Source: Eledone cirrhosa (lineage: Eukaryota). From it: a stretch of DNA of 64,000 nt. The DNA is taken from the NCBI GenBank assembly GCA_964016885.1, contig OZ024761.1, forward strand, positions 9,238,001 through 9,302,000. Direction: 5' to 3'. Below, piece by piece: positions 14,979 to 28,824 of the stretch (positions are counted from its first letter, which is position 1; each line of letters starts with the position of its first letter). Under the pieces are notes generated by a model, which had not been told where the DNA came from, made no database searches, and saw only the letters and a list, made by a program, of their open reading frames with translations. A program made the position numbers and the translations under genes.

Positions 14979-15300
14979 GATATTTACCAAAAAGAAGAAC
15001 AAGTCAACATCATTGGATACCATCAGAGTTGCAGGTGTTATATCAGAGTTTTCCTTCTCCTAGAATTCTGCCTTGACAAAGGCTAAGGGGTCATCTCTCC
15101 CTGTGATTTTGGATCGTCATTGACTCTTAAGAGCTCCTTTGCCCTTTGACAGGTTTTGTTTTTAGTCCTGCAGGATGTCCAAAGTCAGCCTCCTCACCAA
15201 GAAACCTTGGTGAGGTTGCCAGTTTAGTCGCCAACGACCCGACCATGAGACAGGTTGTACTGGGATACATGTTACCAGTAGCACCAACTGGTGACCTGAC
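14979..15300 (-). mobile_element. Partial copy (5' half) of the RTE-derived element
   Basis: Near-identical to 14056-14377. Confidence 0.7.
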
Positions 15301-15404
15301 AGACATATATACATATATATATATACATACATATATACATATGTATATATATATATACATATATACATATAAATATACATACATATATACATATATATAT
15401 ACAC

Positions 15405-15447
<43 letters not shown>

Positions 15448-15536
15448 TTATATACAAATATATATATAAATACATACCTGTATAAAACTATGCTTGAAGC
15501 GAAATCCTATTTCTATACATATATATATATACATTC

Positions 15537-15570
<34 letters not shown>

Positions 15571-15604
15571 GCACCCATATATATATATACATACATACAT
15601 ACAT

Positions 15605-15691
<87 letters not shown>

Positions 15692-15887
15692 CAATGTCAC
15701 ACCACACAAAACATTGACTCTCATTAAATTCACTCCTAAAGCAAAAAGGTGAACCACAAATTCCCAAAGTTACAAATCCAAGAAAAAAACAATGGAAAAG
15801 AAACTTCAACTTAAAAGCAATAAATCACTTTAGAATGTTTCATGATTTGATAATCTAATTTACTTTGGTCATGCAATTCATATTTAC

Positions 15888-15992
15888 TGGAGTTGTATAG
15901 AATCGGAAACAGTTTCTCCTTTCAGTTTTTATTACATTGAAATTCTTCGTCTCAACTTTCTTTCTTGCCTCCAAAACTTCTTTAAAATCTTT
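15888..15992 (-). CDS. Candidate host exon, KDFKEVLEARKKVETKNFNVIKTERRNCFRFYTTP
   Basis: Acceptor tttcacag, donor gtaaat, 105 nt, phase 0/0, open frame in unique sequence. Confidence 0.35.
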
Positions 15993-16294
15993 CTGTGAAA
16001 TATTTAGTTTTAAATATATATATATATATTTAGATTTTATTTCCGGGTTTGTTACTTTTTATATCGTGTGTCCCTTGTTGTTCCCTAATTAGTGTAACAG
16101 CTCTTTATGTTTCATAGACTCAATGTCTCGCCCACTAAAGGATCGTTAAAATGTGTTGTGGTTTTTTTTTTTCCTTTTTTGGAAGGTAAAGATGGCTGCC
16201 ATAGATTCTTTATATTCGGAGTTGGAAGATAATAAAGACTCTAGTAACTATAAAATACATCATCAACAGTCCCGATAGAAAGTTGATGGACAAA

Positions 16295-19200
16295 ACACAT
16301 ACACACATACATACTCAGTGAATACACACACACATACACATATATACACACATACACTCACATACACTCACATACACACACATATATACATACTCAGAGA
16401 CATACACTCACATACATACACATACATACTCAGTGAATATACACACACATACACATATATACACACATACACTCACATACACTCACATACACACACATAT
16501 ATACATACTCAGAGACATACACTCACATACATACACATACATACTCAGTGAATATACACACACATACACATATATACACACATACACACGCATATACATA
16601 CTCAGAAACATACACTCACATACATACACATACATACTCAGTGAATATACACACACATACACATATATACACACATACACTCACATACACTCACATACAC
16701 ACACATACACATATATACACACATACACACACATAGACATATATACACACATATACACACATACACACACATACATACTCAGTGAATATACACACACATA
16801 CACATACATACATACTTAGAGACATACACACACATACATACTCAGTAACATACACACACATACACTCACAAACACACACATACATACTCAGAGACATACA
16901 CCACACATACATACTCAGTGACATATACACACATACACTCACATACACACATGCATACTCAGTGGCATATACACACATACGCTCACATACACACACATAT
17001 ATACTCAGTGACATACACACACATACACTCACATACACACACATATATACTCAGAGACATACACACACATACACTCACATACACACACATACATACTCAG
17101 AGACATACACACACATACACTTACATACACACACATACATACTTAGTGACATATACTCACATACACTCACATACACACACATACATACATACTCAGTGAC
17201 ATATACTCACATACACTCACATACACACACATACATACTCAGTGACATACACACACATACACTCACATACACACACATACATACTCAGAGACATACACAC
17301 ACATACACTTACATACACACACATACATACTTAGTGACATATACTCACATACACTCACATACACACACATACATACTCAGTGACATACACACACATACAC
17401 ACATATACATACTCAGAAAAATATACACACATACACTCACATACACACAAGCATACATACTCAGTGACATACACACACTCACATACACACACATACATAC
17501 TCAGAGACATACACACACTCACATACACACAGATCCACTCACATACACACAAATGCAAACACATACATATTCACACATACACACAGAGATATATGTACAC
17601 ATACACTCACATACACACAGAGAGACATATACACATACTCACATGCAAACACATACCCATTTACATACACACACACGCACACACACTCACATACACTCAT
17701 ATACACACAGCAGAGAGACATACATATTTACACACTTGCAAACACATGCACATATACATACACACACATACACACTCACATACATACACACAGAGGCATA
17801 CACACACACAGTCATATACACATACACACATGTACACACATACCCACCCATATATACACACACGTCCACAAATGCACACACAACACATATACACTCACAA
17901 TCATACTCACACACACCCATATACACACACATACACACCAACATATACACGCACATTCACACACTTACCCCCCCCACATACACAGCCATACACACACAGA
18001 TCCACAAAAACGCGCGCACACACATACACACCAACACATATACACACACATTCACACACTTAAACACACACGCACACATACACAGCCATATACACACACA
18101 TCCACAAAAACACGCGCACACACATACACACCAACACATATACACACACATTCACACACTTAAACACACACACACGCACACATACACAGCCATATACACA
18201 CACATCCACAAAAACGCGCGCACATACATACACACCAACACATATACACACACATTCACACACTTAAACACACACACACGCACACATACACAGCCATATA
18301 CACACACACATCCACAAAAACACGCGCACACACATACACATCAACACATATACACACACATTCACACACTTAAACACACACACACGCACACATATATACA
18401 CACCAACATATATACACACACATTCACACACTTAAACACACACACGCACACATACACAGCCATATACACACACATCCACAAAAACGCGCGCACACACATA
18501 CACACCAACACATATACACACACATTCACACACTTAAACACACACACACGCACACATACACAGCCATATACACACACATCCACAAAAACGCGCGCACACA
18601 CATACACACCAACACATATACACACACACACATACACAGCCATATACACACACACGCACACATACACAGCCATATACACACACATCCACAAACACGCGCG
18701 CACATATATACACACCAACACATATACACACACATTCACACACTTAAACACACACACACGCACACATACACAACCATATACACACACATCCACAAAAACG
18801 CGCGCACACACATACACACCAACACATATACACACACATACACACACTTAAACACACACACACACACACATACACAGCCATATCCACACACATCCACAAA
18901 AACGCGCGCACACACATACACACCAACACATATACACACACATTCACACACTTAAACACACACGCACACACACATCCACAAAAACGCGCGCGCACACACA
19001 TACACACCAACACATATACACACACATACACACACTTAAACACACACACACACACACACATACACAGCCATATACACACACATCCACAAAAACGCGCGCA
19101 CACACATACACACCAACACATATACACACACATTCACACACTTAAACACACACACACATCCTCAAAAACGCGCGCACACACATACACACCAACACATATA

Positions 19201-19400
19201 CACACACATTCACACACTTAAACACACACACACACACACATCCACAAAAACGCGCGCACACACATACACACCAATACATATACACACACATTCACACACT
19301 TAAACACACACACACGCACACATACACAGCCATATACACACCAACACACACACACACTTAAACACACACACACATACGCACGCACACATACACAGCCAGA
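16295..19400. repeat. CA-rich compound minisatellites
   Basis: Recurrent catactcagtga/catactcagaga units, then ~100-bp units containing cacttaaacac, cagccata and tccacaaaaacgcgcg. Confidence 0.9.
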
Positions 19401-19758
19401 CAGAGTCTTGACTGCAAAAAAAAAGGTTATTGAATTGGACTTTACGAGACTTGAGGAAATTTACTCAAGTCTAGCATCTCTTTACCATTTTTTCTTTTAC
19501 ACAAAGAAATTTATTATAGAATAAAAATACCAACACCACACCGAGAGGACTTTTGTTTTTCAAGAATCATTTGGAATATTGTCGGGTCGGAATTTACCCC
19601 CAAATTGCTTTTTCTAGACATGCTTACAATAGTTTTATGTATTCATCTAAAGGCCATTTCTACCATTAACAAAGTTATTTTCTTTGATTAACCAAACATT
19701 TTCAATTCCACCCCTCCATGCCATCGCGCCTTGGGAGACAAAATCCATTCATCACATA

Positions 19759-20580
19759 TAATTGTCTCTACTTTAGGCACAAAGCCAGCAAATTACCCAG
19801 TGCATTACTGGTACTTTATTTTATCGACTCCCGTAAGGATGAAAGACAAAGTTAACCTCGGCGGGATTTGAACTCAGAATGGCAAGGGCCGTAACTCTAT
19901 GCGTCAAAGCATGGCGTCCGACCCTCTACCGACACTGCCAATCCACAATAATGATAATAATAATTGTTTCTACTTTAGGCACAAGGCCAGCAATTACCCA
20001 GTGCATTACTGGTACTTTATTTTATCGACCCCGTAAGCATGAAAGGCAAAGTCAACCTCGGCGGGATTTCAACTCAGAACGTAGAAAGCCATCTGTGTGC
20101 TGTGTGTGTGTGTGTATGTGCTGTGTGTGTACGTGTATTTATTTTATCGACCTCATAAGGATGAAAGGCAAAACTAACCGCGGCGGGATTTGAGCTAAGA
20201 ACGTAAAGGGCCAGAACTCTCTGCCGCAAAGCAGGGTTTTTCATCACATAGAATGGTTTACGTAGTATCAAATAGGAATTTAATGTACCGAGATTCGAGA
20301 CAACGTAAAACTAAATTAGAACAAAAAAAAAATGTTTATGTAAGTCGAACACTTAGCGAGGATTCGGGTCGCGGATTTGCAGTATCTCTGGAACGTCGGA
20401 CAAAATGCCTTATGGTATAGAGTTACACCCCTTTACGTTCTGAGTTCAAATCTCGCCGAGGATAGCTTTGCCTTTCATTTTTATGGAGTCGATAAAATAA
20501 AGTAGCAGTAATACACTGGTGTTAATTTAATCAACTTTCCCCTCCTTCAAATTGTTGGCCTTGTGCCTAAATCAAACCAA
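19759..20580. mobile_element. Cluster of four SINE copies or fragments (three -, one +)
   Basis: Core ttttatcgacccc..aaggatgaaaggcaaag near 19820, 20020, 20140; forward copy near 20370-20580. Confidence 0.75.
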
Positions 20581-21273
20581 TATTTATCGATGCTACAATC
20601 CCCCCAAAAGAGAAGCTAGTATTACCATCGATTATTCCCGCACCCAAGTTATTTTTTTTCTTTTTACCTTCCCCTCCTCATCCTTTAGTCTTCATTATCT
20701 CATATGCCTCTTTCCGACGAACGAAAGATGCTACCCGAAACGTCAGACGTTTCCCACTTTTTTTACTGTAACATAATTTTTACCCCACTTTCAGAAAGTT
20801 TAAAATATAATCAAATTTAATAAAAAATATTTCATATATGACAGTCACTTTCACTCTCATATAAAAGTTAAATTCAGATTAAAAAGAACCAAGAATTAGT
20901 AGCGAACGTAGACTGTATAGTGGCAAAGAATTTCAAAGGTTTCTGTTCTGTGGAGATATGTGACGTCACCCAAATTCTCCAAATCACTATGGCCGCCCTC
21001 ATCATCATGTAAATACACATCAAAGCTCAGACACTCTCAAATACATAGAGATCCCCGCCCACCAGATTTGTTTCCCGTGTAGCTTGACTCAACGAAAATA
21101 AGATAGCATCTTTTTTTTTTACCATAAAGCCATTACGGTGTTTAATTAAGTTTGAATAACAACATTTTTTATATACACCCTGTACCTTTGAAGATATATA
21201 CACTAGCATTACTTTTAATTCGTTGTAAATCACGAACACATACATACGTTCTCTTAAACAACATACGTACACA

Positions 21274-21329
<56 letters not shown>

Positions 21330-22049
21330 GTACATAAATATAAATATGTATATAAATGTATATAAATATTTATCTCTCTCAATATATATATATACGATAT
21401 TAAATAAATGGAAACTATATTTATAAAACCATATTTATTTCATTATATATATTTCAGGGATATCATATTAACAATATGCTATGCCTTCCTCAGACAAAAT
21501 ACAATATAAACAGTTTTATAGATAAATAGATTTGACATACCGTACAACATCGACTTGTATTTGAAAAGTTGAATTGGCAGTGAAAAAATTGTAAACAGAA
21601 AGAAAGAAAGAGAGAAAAAAAGGAAAGAAAGACAGAAAACGAAGAAAAAGAAGAAAAAGAAGAAATGCATGGAACAAAATAGAGAGATGGAAAGATAGAT
21701 AAAGAGAAGAACTTCATGTAAAGAAACAGAGAGAGATATATATATAGAGAGGAAATAGATAGAGATAGATATATATATAGAAAAATAGGTAGTTGGACAT
21801 CCGTTGAGTAAACGTATCAATGATACATTTATTTATTTATTTATTTATTTAGCTCTAGTATTAATGTAAGGGAGATATATGTGGTTAGGAGAGAAACCAG
21901 CTGTTATATAGAGAGAAAAATGAAAAGTAACCAGACATAGGCGAGGCATAAAAACCCTATGTTTTAATGTAGATGTATTAGTATGTTTAAAAACCAGGCA
22001 CTATATTGTAAATATCAGTATTCATGAATGAATACTGATATTTACAATA

Positions 22050-24164
22050 AGGAGAATCAGGTGGCGAGCATTCCACTTTGATAAATCTAATATAAATGAA
22101 AATGTCTCGGACTTAAACAAAGTTTTCAAATCTAAAAGAAATCCACCCCCTAACAAACTTTTATCTGACTTTGAAAACGATATAATTTCTATCATACAAG
22201 GGGTCAAATTCAAGAGAAACTTCAAAGGCCAGGAATATCTGAAAGGCATTAAGGATAATATTGAGAGCTTAGAGAAAACTGAGAAGATCTTGGTGAAATC
22301 TGACAAGACCAACAACCTCTATGGAGTGCAGAAAGACATGTATAATGGCCTCATACTGAAGGAACTGAGGAAAAAGTACAAGGTAGCAGATAAGGCCGAG
22401 CTTGAGAAAATGAATGTCGAAGCATCTTGTATAATGCACGAGTTGGAAATTGAGAACAGAACACAACCTTTCGTGCCCAGGAAACCGAAGATCAATATGA
22501 AAGATCACAAGAGGAATTTTGAAAATGACTTGCCAGTTAGATTGATCGCACCATCAAAATCGGACCTGGGCAAATTAAGCAAAAACATTCTTGACAGGGT
22601 GATACAGCAAATTAAGAACTTGGATTGTTTATCTAACCTGAGCTTGTGGAAGGGAACTGGAGAGGTTGTTGAGTGGTTTAAGCAAATTAAATATAACAAT
22701 AATAATAAGTTTATTCAACTTGATATTGCTAACTATTATTCTTCTATTACCCCTAATCTACTAAATAAGGCACTAAATTACGCATTCAAACATACAGACC
22801 TAACTAGCAATGAAATGCATATTATATTATCGGCTAGGAAAACATTGATAGAATTTAATGACCAACTATGGACCAGAGCAGATAGAGATAGCAATTTTGA
22901 CATTACTATGGGATCATCCGACTCAGCTCAGGTAACTGACCTTGTGGGCTTATTTTTAATCAATTCGCTACATAGGAAAATACCTGGTACTACCGGAGGT
23001 TTATATAGAGATGACATGCTTTTACTTATTGATAATAATAACTCTGAACTAAATAGAAAATGTAAACAAATTACACAATTTTTTAATTACTTTAATCTTA
23101 AAATAGAAATTGAGAACAACCATAGAATAGTCAATTTCCTAGATATAACATTAAATCTCAACACATGTCTTCACTATCCTTTTCACAAGTTGAATGAAAA
23201 CTTAAACTATGTCAGCTTTAACTCTAACCACCCCAGATCTGTCAAAAACACTATAGTAAACTCTGTTCAAAAACGTATCTCTAGAATCTCGTCTAATAGA
23301 AAGATTTTCGACGAAAAAGCCCAGTACTACAATGAAGCGTTAGCTAGAGCAGGATATACTGATAAGATTATGTACATAGATAATGATAGACAAACTAAAC
23401 AAAATAACAACTATTTTAATTACGGCAACAACCTTAACAACTATAATAGAAAGCATTACAATAATTCCAAAGGCCAAAAAAGAAATAGAACTAGGAACAT
23501 AATTTGGTTTGCCCCCCCTTTCTCACTAAACATTAAAACCCACATCGCTAAACTATTTTTTAAAGCTCTTGATAATCGCTTCCCTAGAACACATAGGTAT
23601 CACTCAATTTTCAATAGACATACTATAAAATTAACCTACTCATCCACCAAAAATTTAGCACAAAATATTAATAGAATAAATAATAGGAACTTAAAACCTA
23701 GTGATAATAGCATAAATAATATACAAGTTAACAAATGTAACTGTAGAGATAGATCTAAATGTCCGTTAAATAACAACTGCTTAGTTAAAAATATAGTATA
23801 CAATTGTAATGTTAAAACTGACTCTAATTCTTTTAACTACGTCGGTTCCACATCGACGGAATTTAAACTTCGCTATAATAACCACAAGAATTCTTTCACA
23901 GATCCAAGCAAAAAATCTTCAACGGCACTATCAGGCGTACTCTGGCAACTTAAGCTAGATAACGTTAGATATTCGACGGCTTGGAATATAGTCTCAAGAG
24001 GGATTCCTTTTAATTCATCCTCTGAGACATGTGACCTCTGCGCAGAGGAGATATTCTTTATACTAAAATCTAAAAATTCCCTTAATCTACGGACAAATTT
24101 ATTCAGTTGCTGCAAACATAGATTAAACTCAACTTTTAAATATAAATTTAAATTTAAAATGTAG
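22050..24164 (+). CDS. PLE reverse transcriptase plus GIY-YIG endonuclease, 5'-truncated, no internal stops
   Basis: Frame open from the junction (RRIRWRAF). KSDKT, KDHK..PVRLI, LDIANYYSSI, ITMGS, GLYRDD, FLDITL, SNHP, CNCR..CPL..C, IVY..YVGST..FKLRYNNHK, CDLCAEE. YRDD motif suggests a Naiad-like clade (inference). Confidence 0.92.
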   Translation, partial: RRIRWRAFHFDKSNINENVSDLNKVFKSKRNPPPNKLLSDFENDIISIIQGVKFKRNFKGQEYLKGIKDNIESLEKTEKILVKSDKTNNLYGVQKDMYNGLILKELRKKYKVADKAELEKMNVEASCIMHELEIENRTQPFVPRKPKINMKDHKRNFENDLPVRLIAPSKSDLGKLSKNILDRVIQQIKNLDCLSNLSLWKGTGEVVEWFKQIKYNNNNKFIQLDIANYYSSITPNLLNKALNYAFKHTDLTSNEMHIILSARKTLIEFNDQLWTRADRDSNFDITMGSSDSAQVTDLVGLFLINSLHRKIPGTTGGLYRDDMLLLIDNNNSELNRKCKQITQFFNYFNLKIEIENNHRIVNFLDITLNLNTCLHYPFHKLNENLNYVSFNSNHPRSVKNTIVNSVQKRISRISSNRKIFDEKAQYYNEALARAGYTDKIMYIDNDRQTKQNNNYFNYGNNLNNYNRKHYNNSKGQKRNRTRNIIWFAPPFSLNIKTHIAKLFFKALDNRFPRTHRYHSIFNRHTIKLTYSSTKNLAQNINRINNRNLKPSDNSINNIQVNKCNCRDRSKCPLNNNCLVKNIVYNCNVKTDSNSFNYVGSTSTEFKLRYNNHKNSFTDPSKKSSTALSGVLWQLKLDNVRYSTAWNIVSRGIPFNSSSETCDLCAEEIFFILKSKNSLNLRTNLFSCCKHRLNSTFKYKFKFKM

Positions 24165-25468
24165 TATATTTAGTTTGATTTATAATTATTTGGGAAACTA
24201 GCCGATAAATCTTTCGATTTCTTCTTTTTATTCTTCTTTTTCTTTTTAGTTTTATTTAAACATTCTTCATGAAAAATTAAACTACCCTAAAAGTTGATGC
24301 TCCAAATATTTCGAATAAACGTTACACTAGATAAACTTCTATATTAAATATAAGAACACATGTAGACCAAATGGGCATCCTAAACTTTTTGAAATGATTT
24401 TTGCTAGATGCGATTTGATAAATAATTTTTAGCTTTATCTGTTTTCGACTCTGATGCTTATAATGAACTTGGCAATATATTGTCAATTAATTTTGAAGGG
24501 TTGATCTTTGTGGTTTATTTTTATTATTGTAGTATTTTCTAATATTTTTATTTTTAATATGTAATATTTTTTCGTAATATTTTTTAGTTTTCTATTTTAT
24601 TATTATTTATTATTATTATTATTGTTATTTTTTGGTTTTTGTTTCTGATATATTTTTTATTAATATATTGAAATCTGCTCTCTATTTCTGCTTGATAGAT
24701 AATCTTGTAGAGTAAAGACAAGAATAGTAGTAATATAGACTCTCTATATATATGTATATATATACACATATATGTATACTTAAATTTTTATAGCACAATG
24801 AGAATGTTTTCCGTGTGAACTTAGGGTTTGCAGAGTTGATCATGTAAATTCACATCGATGTTTGTAGTTATCATATAAACATATGAATTTTTTAAAACTA
24901 AACATAAGATCATTACTTTTCACACATTATGGATACGTGTCTCATTCATGAATACTGATATTTACAATATAGTGCCTGGTTTTTATACATACTAATACTT
25001 CTACATTAAAACATAGGGTTTTTATGCCTCGCCTATGTCTGGTTATTTTTCATTTTTCTCTCTATATAACAGCTGGTTTCTCTCCTAACCACATATATCT
25101 CCCTTACATTAATACTAGAGCTAAATAAATAAATAAATAAATAAATGTATCATTGATACGTTTACTCAACGGATGTCCAACTACCTATTTTTCTATATAT
25201 ATATCTATCTCTATCTATTTCCTCTCTCTATATATATCTCTCTCTGTTTCTTTACATGAAGTTCTTCTTGTATCTATCTTCTCTTTATCTATCTTTCCAT
25301 CTCTCTATTTTGTTCCATGCATTTCTTCTTTTTCTTCTTTTTCTTCGTTTTCTGTCTTTCTTTCCTTTTTTTTCTCTCTTTCTTTCTTTCTGTTTACAAT
25401 TTTTTCACTGCCAATTCAACTTTTCAAATACAAGTCGATGTTGTACGGTATGTCAAATCTATTTATCT

Positions 25469-25566
25469 ATAAAACTGTTTATATTGTATTTTGTCTGAGG
25501 AAGGCATAGCATATTGTTAATATGATATCCCTGAAATATATATAATGAAATAAATATGGTTTTATA
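25469..25566 (+). ncRNA. Hammerhead ribozyme in PLE pseudo-LTR (mirror copy near 21422-21519, -)
   Basis: CTGAGGA aggcatagcatattgttaatatgatatccct GAAA tatata TA, closed by ataaaactgt/atggttttat. Sister copies have CTGATGA. Confidence 0.6.
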
Positions 25567-25737
25567 AATATAGTTTCCATTTATTTAATATCGTAAATAT
25601 ACTCCAAATACTTGTCGAGTGCTTTTATATCAGTTATAAATATTTACTAGTTGTAACCCAACAATTTAAATATAACTTTCCATATATATATATATATATA
25701 TATTATTATTATGTAATAAACAACATAAGGCAATTAT

Positions 25738-25795
25738 TCCATTTACCAGTGGTTTCTTAAAAGCAAAAGGTTTTGCTTTCAATCCTCAGAATGAA
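25738..25795 (-). ncRNA. Type I hammerhead ribozyme (another pLTR family; terminal hairpin also at 57546-57622)
   Basis: ttcatt CTGAGGA ttgaaagcaaaa-cc-ttttgcttttaa GAAA ccactgg TA aatgga. Confidence 0.75.
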
Positions 25796-26293
25796 AAATC
25801 CTGGTTTGTTTATTGAATATGGATTCTAAAAACAAAAATGCAATCTATATGAAAGTGAGGCTGGAAAAGGGAGAAGGAAAGGAAAAATAAAATAAAACTA
25901 CACATGCAAACACACACAAAAAAACACAAAAGCATACTTACACACACATACATATATACATATATATAAATGTACGCATACACATATACATATATGTTTC
26001 CTTGAAAACTCGTATGACTCTAAAACCCGGTCCGCCTGTGTGGTTACATACAGACTAGCTGACACTCACTGTAAAGTGTCTAGTGAAAAGCTGAGTACAT
26101 GTACATATGTATACATGTGTGTATTTATATGCATACTAATACTTCCGTATACATATGTAGATGTACACTTTAACTTAATTGTTTAAGCGTCAGTCATACA
26201 AAAGTGAGTTAGAAGCGAAACGAAATTTAATTTCGTTTCGTTATTTGTTTTTATCGTTTCCGCTGAACCGGTGCGTACAATGACTCACGTTCT

Positions 26294-26301
26294 ATGCAAA
26301 T
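26294..26301 (+). promoter_or_regulatory. Octamer ATGCAAAT (POU/Oct site, snRNA-type distal element candidate)
   Basis: tatgcaaattag is identical in both retrozyme-like families, upstream of the ribozyme. Confidence 0.5.
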
Positions 26302-26386
26302 TAGTCTACCCACTACTAATTTTCATAGAAAAAGCATATAACGATATGTGCTTTTACAATTCTCCAGAGAAGCCGGAAGATGGGTA

Positions 26387-26431
26387 AATATTGCTGATGA
26401 GATGTAATAACATCGAAACTAGTCCAATATT
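26387..26431 (+). ncRNA. Minimal type I hammerhead ribozyme
   Basis: aatattg CTGATGA gatgt-aata-acatc GAAA ctag TC caatatt. Perfect stems I and II, palindromic ACTAGT stem III, GUC cleavage triplet. Confidence 0.92.
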
Positions 26432-26731
26432 CCTGTCTGGCCCTCTGGAGAATAGAGGAAATGTGTTTCCTTGAAAACTCGTATGACTCTAAAACCCGGT
26501 CCGCCTGTGTGGTTACATACAGACTAGCTGACACTCACTGTAAAGTGTCTAGTGAAAAGCTGAGTACATGTACATATGTATACATGTGTGTATTTATATG
26601 CATACTAATACTTCCGTATACATATGTAGATGTACACTTTAACTTAATTATTTATATATATTTATTTATATATATATATATATTTATTTATATATATATA
26701 TATTTTTATTTATATATATATATATTTATTT

Positions 26732-26799
<68 letters not shown>

Positions 26800-26806
26800 C
26801 ATATAT

Positions 26807-26867
<61 letters not shown>

Positions 26868-27211
26868 TATATATATAAGTATATGCAAAAGTTCTATTTA
26901 AATTGTTGGGATACAACAAGCAAATATTTTTATAACTGATATAAAGCACTCGACAAGTATTTGGAGTAAATATACGATATTAACAAATGGAAACTATATT
27001 TATAAAACCATATCTATTTTATTATACATATTTCAAGGATACCATGTTAAATTATGGTATGCTTTCATCAGACAAAATACAATATATACCAGTTTTATAA
27101 ATAAATTTTGACATACCCTTTCAAAATGCAATCGTTACTTATGGAAGACATCAGGGATATTGGATTTGTTTATCTTAGTAAGTCATTGTGTTACGGAGAA
27201 GGAAAAAAAAA

Positions 27212-27261
<50 letters not shown>

Positions 27262-27263
<2 letters not shown>

Positions 27264-27599
27264 AGCAAAGGGGATATACAATTTGTTGGTAATTCAACAA
27301 ATATAAATGTTTATAACTGATTCAGAGCACTCGACAAGTTTAGTATAATATTCAATGATATTTAATAAATGGAAACTATATTTATAAAAGCAAATTTATT
27401 CTATTATATATATTTCAAGGGAATATTCAACTGATAAGGCATGATTATCCTTGGCTATGTCAAAATCTATAAAACACACTTCGTATTTTATCTGATGAAA
27501 GCGTACCAAAGTTCTGGTACCCTTGAAATACATATAATAGAATATATATGGTTTTATAAATATAGTTACCATTTATTAAATATAATTGAATATTATACT
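27262..27599. mobile_element. Related pLTR foldback with hammerhead at about 27492-27535 (+)
   Basis: CTGATGA aagcgtacca-aagttc-tggtaccctt GAAA taca TA. Inverted arms and gcactcgaca motif. Confidence 0.65.
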
Positions 27600-27626
27600 T
27601 CAGAAATGTGTAATGTATGTATATAC

Positions 27627-27786
<160 letters not shown>

Positions 27787-27879
27787 TATATATTACGGAA
27801 AAGATAAGTACAGCAGTTACAGTGAATTTAAAAAAAAATATTTTAAATCCTTTTCTTATTTGCTAAACCTTGATGATGA

Positions 27880-28339
<460 letters not shown>

Positions 28340-28482
28340 TATATATGTATATATGTATATATATATATATATAGAAAGTGTTTATTGCTACGGTTTCAAT
28401 TATTGGTCACCGGGTTTTAAACAGATTAACAATATCTTGAAAACGATTTCTATGGCTTCAAACATACGTAGTTATTCTGACG

Positions 28483-28551
<69 letters not shown>

Positions 28552-28575
28552 CATATATATATATATATATGTATG

Positions 28576-28617
<42 letters not shown>

Positions 28618-28753
28618 TAAAATCAAAAAAATGGTTAAAAGAGTTCCATGTATTTTATTATGCGCATTTCAAAAACAAATATCATAGCAGTGAAGTGTCA
28701 AATCAACACTTCACCGCTCGCAAGTGTTTTTTAAGCTTCATATCATGTCTCCC

Positions 28754-28824
28754 TATTTTATCTGATGAGAACGCAAATATCATCCCATGATGATATTTGT
28801 TTTTGAAATGCGCATAATAAAATA
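28754..28824 (+). ncRNA. Type I hammerhead ribozyme within foldback element 28617-28945
   Basis: tattttat CTGATGA gaacgcaaatatcatc-ccat-gatgatatttgttttt GAAA tgcgca TA ataaaata. Palindromic ATGCGCAT stem III. Confidence 0.85.

Larger units (their letters stand above)
21393..25682 (+). mobile_element. Penelope-like element with inverted 5' pseudo-LTR
   Basis: Arms 21393-22031 and 24942-25595 are reverse complements (15-bp indel). ~85-nt 3' tail on right arm only. Small palindrome at junction 22005-22049. (TA)n flanks. Confidence 0.9.
25995..26649 (+). mobile_element. Retrozyme-like element, family 2: 1.4 tandem copies of a 469-bp unit
   Basis: 25995-26180 repeated at 26464-26649. Non-coding, one hammerhead and one octamer, motifs shared with the 466-bp array. 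Confidence 0.8.

Noticed and set aside
20711-20750. ccgacga..gaaacgtc hammerhead-like motif (similar weak cases near 6320, 6783, 29260, 37335)
   Set aside because: Core or stems too degenerate to support.
20915-21030. Possible exon in unique sequence (also 42660-42860 and 59130-59340)
   Set aside because: Ambiguous strand or frame and weak splice signals.
21479-25509. Duplicated 113/118-aa hydrophobic ORFs, and the 111-aa pair at 50458/56445
   Set aside because: Low-complexity reading frames inside inverted pseudo-LTR arms; useful only as evidence of the inversion.
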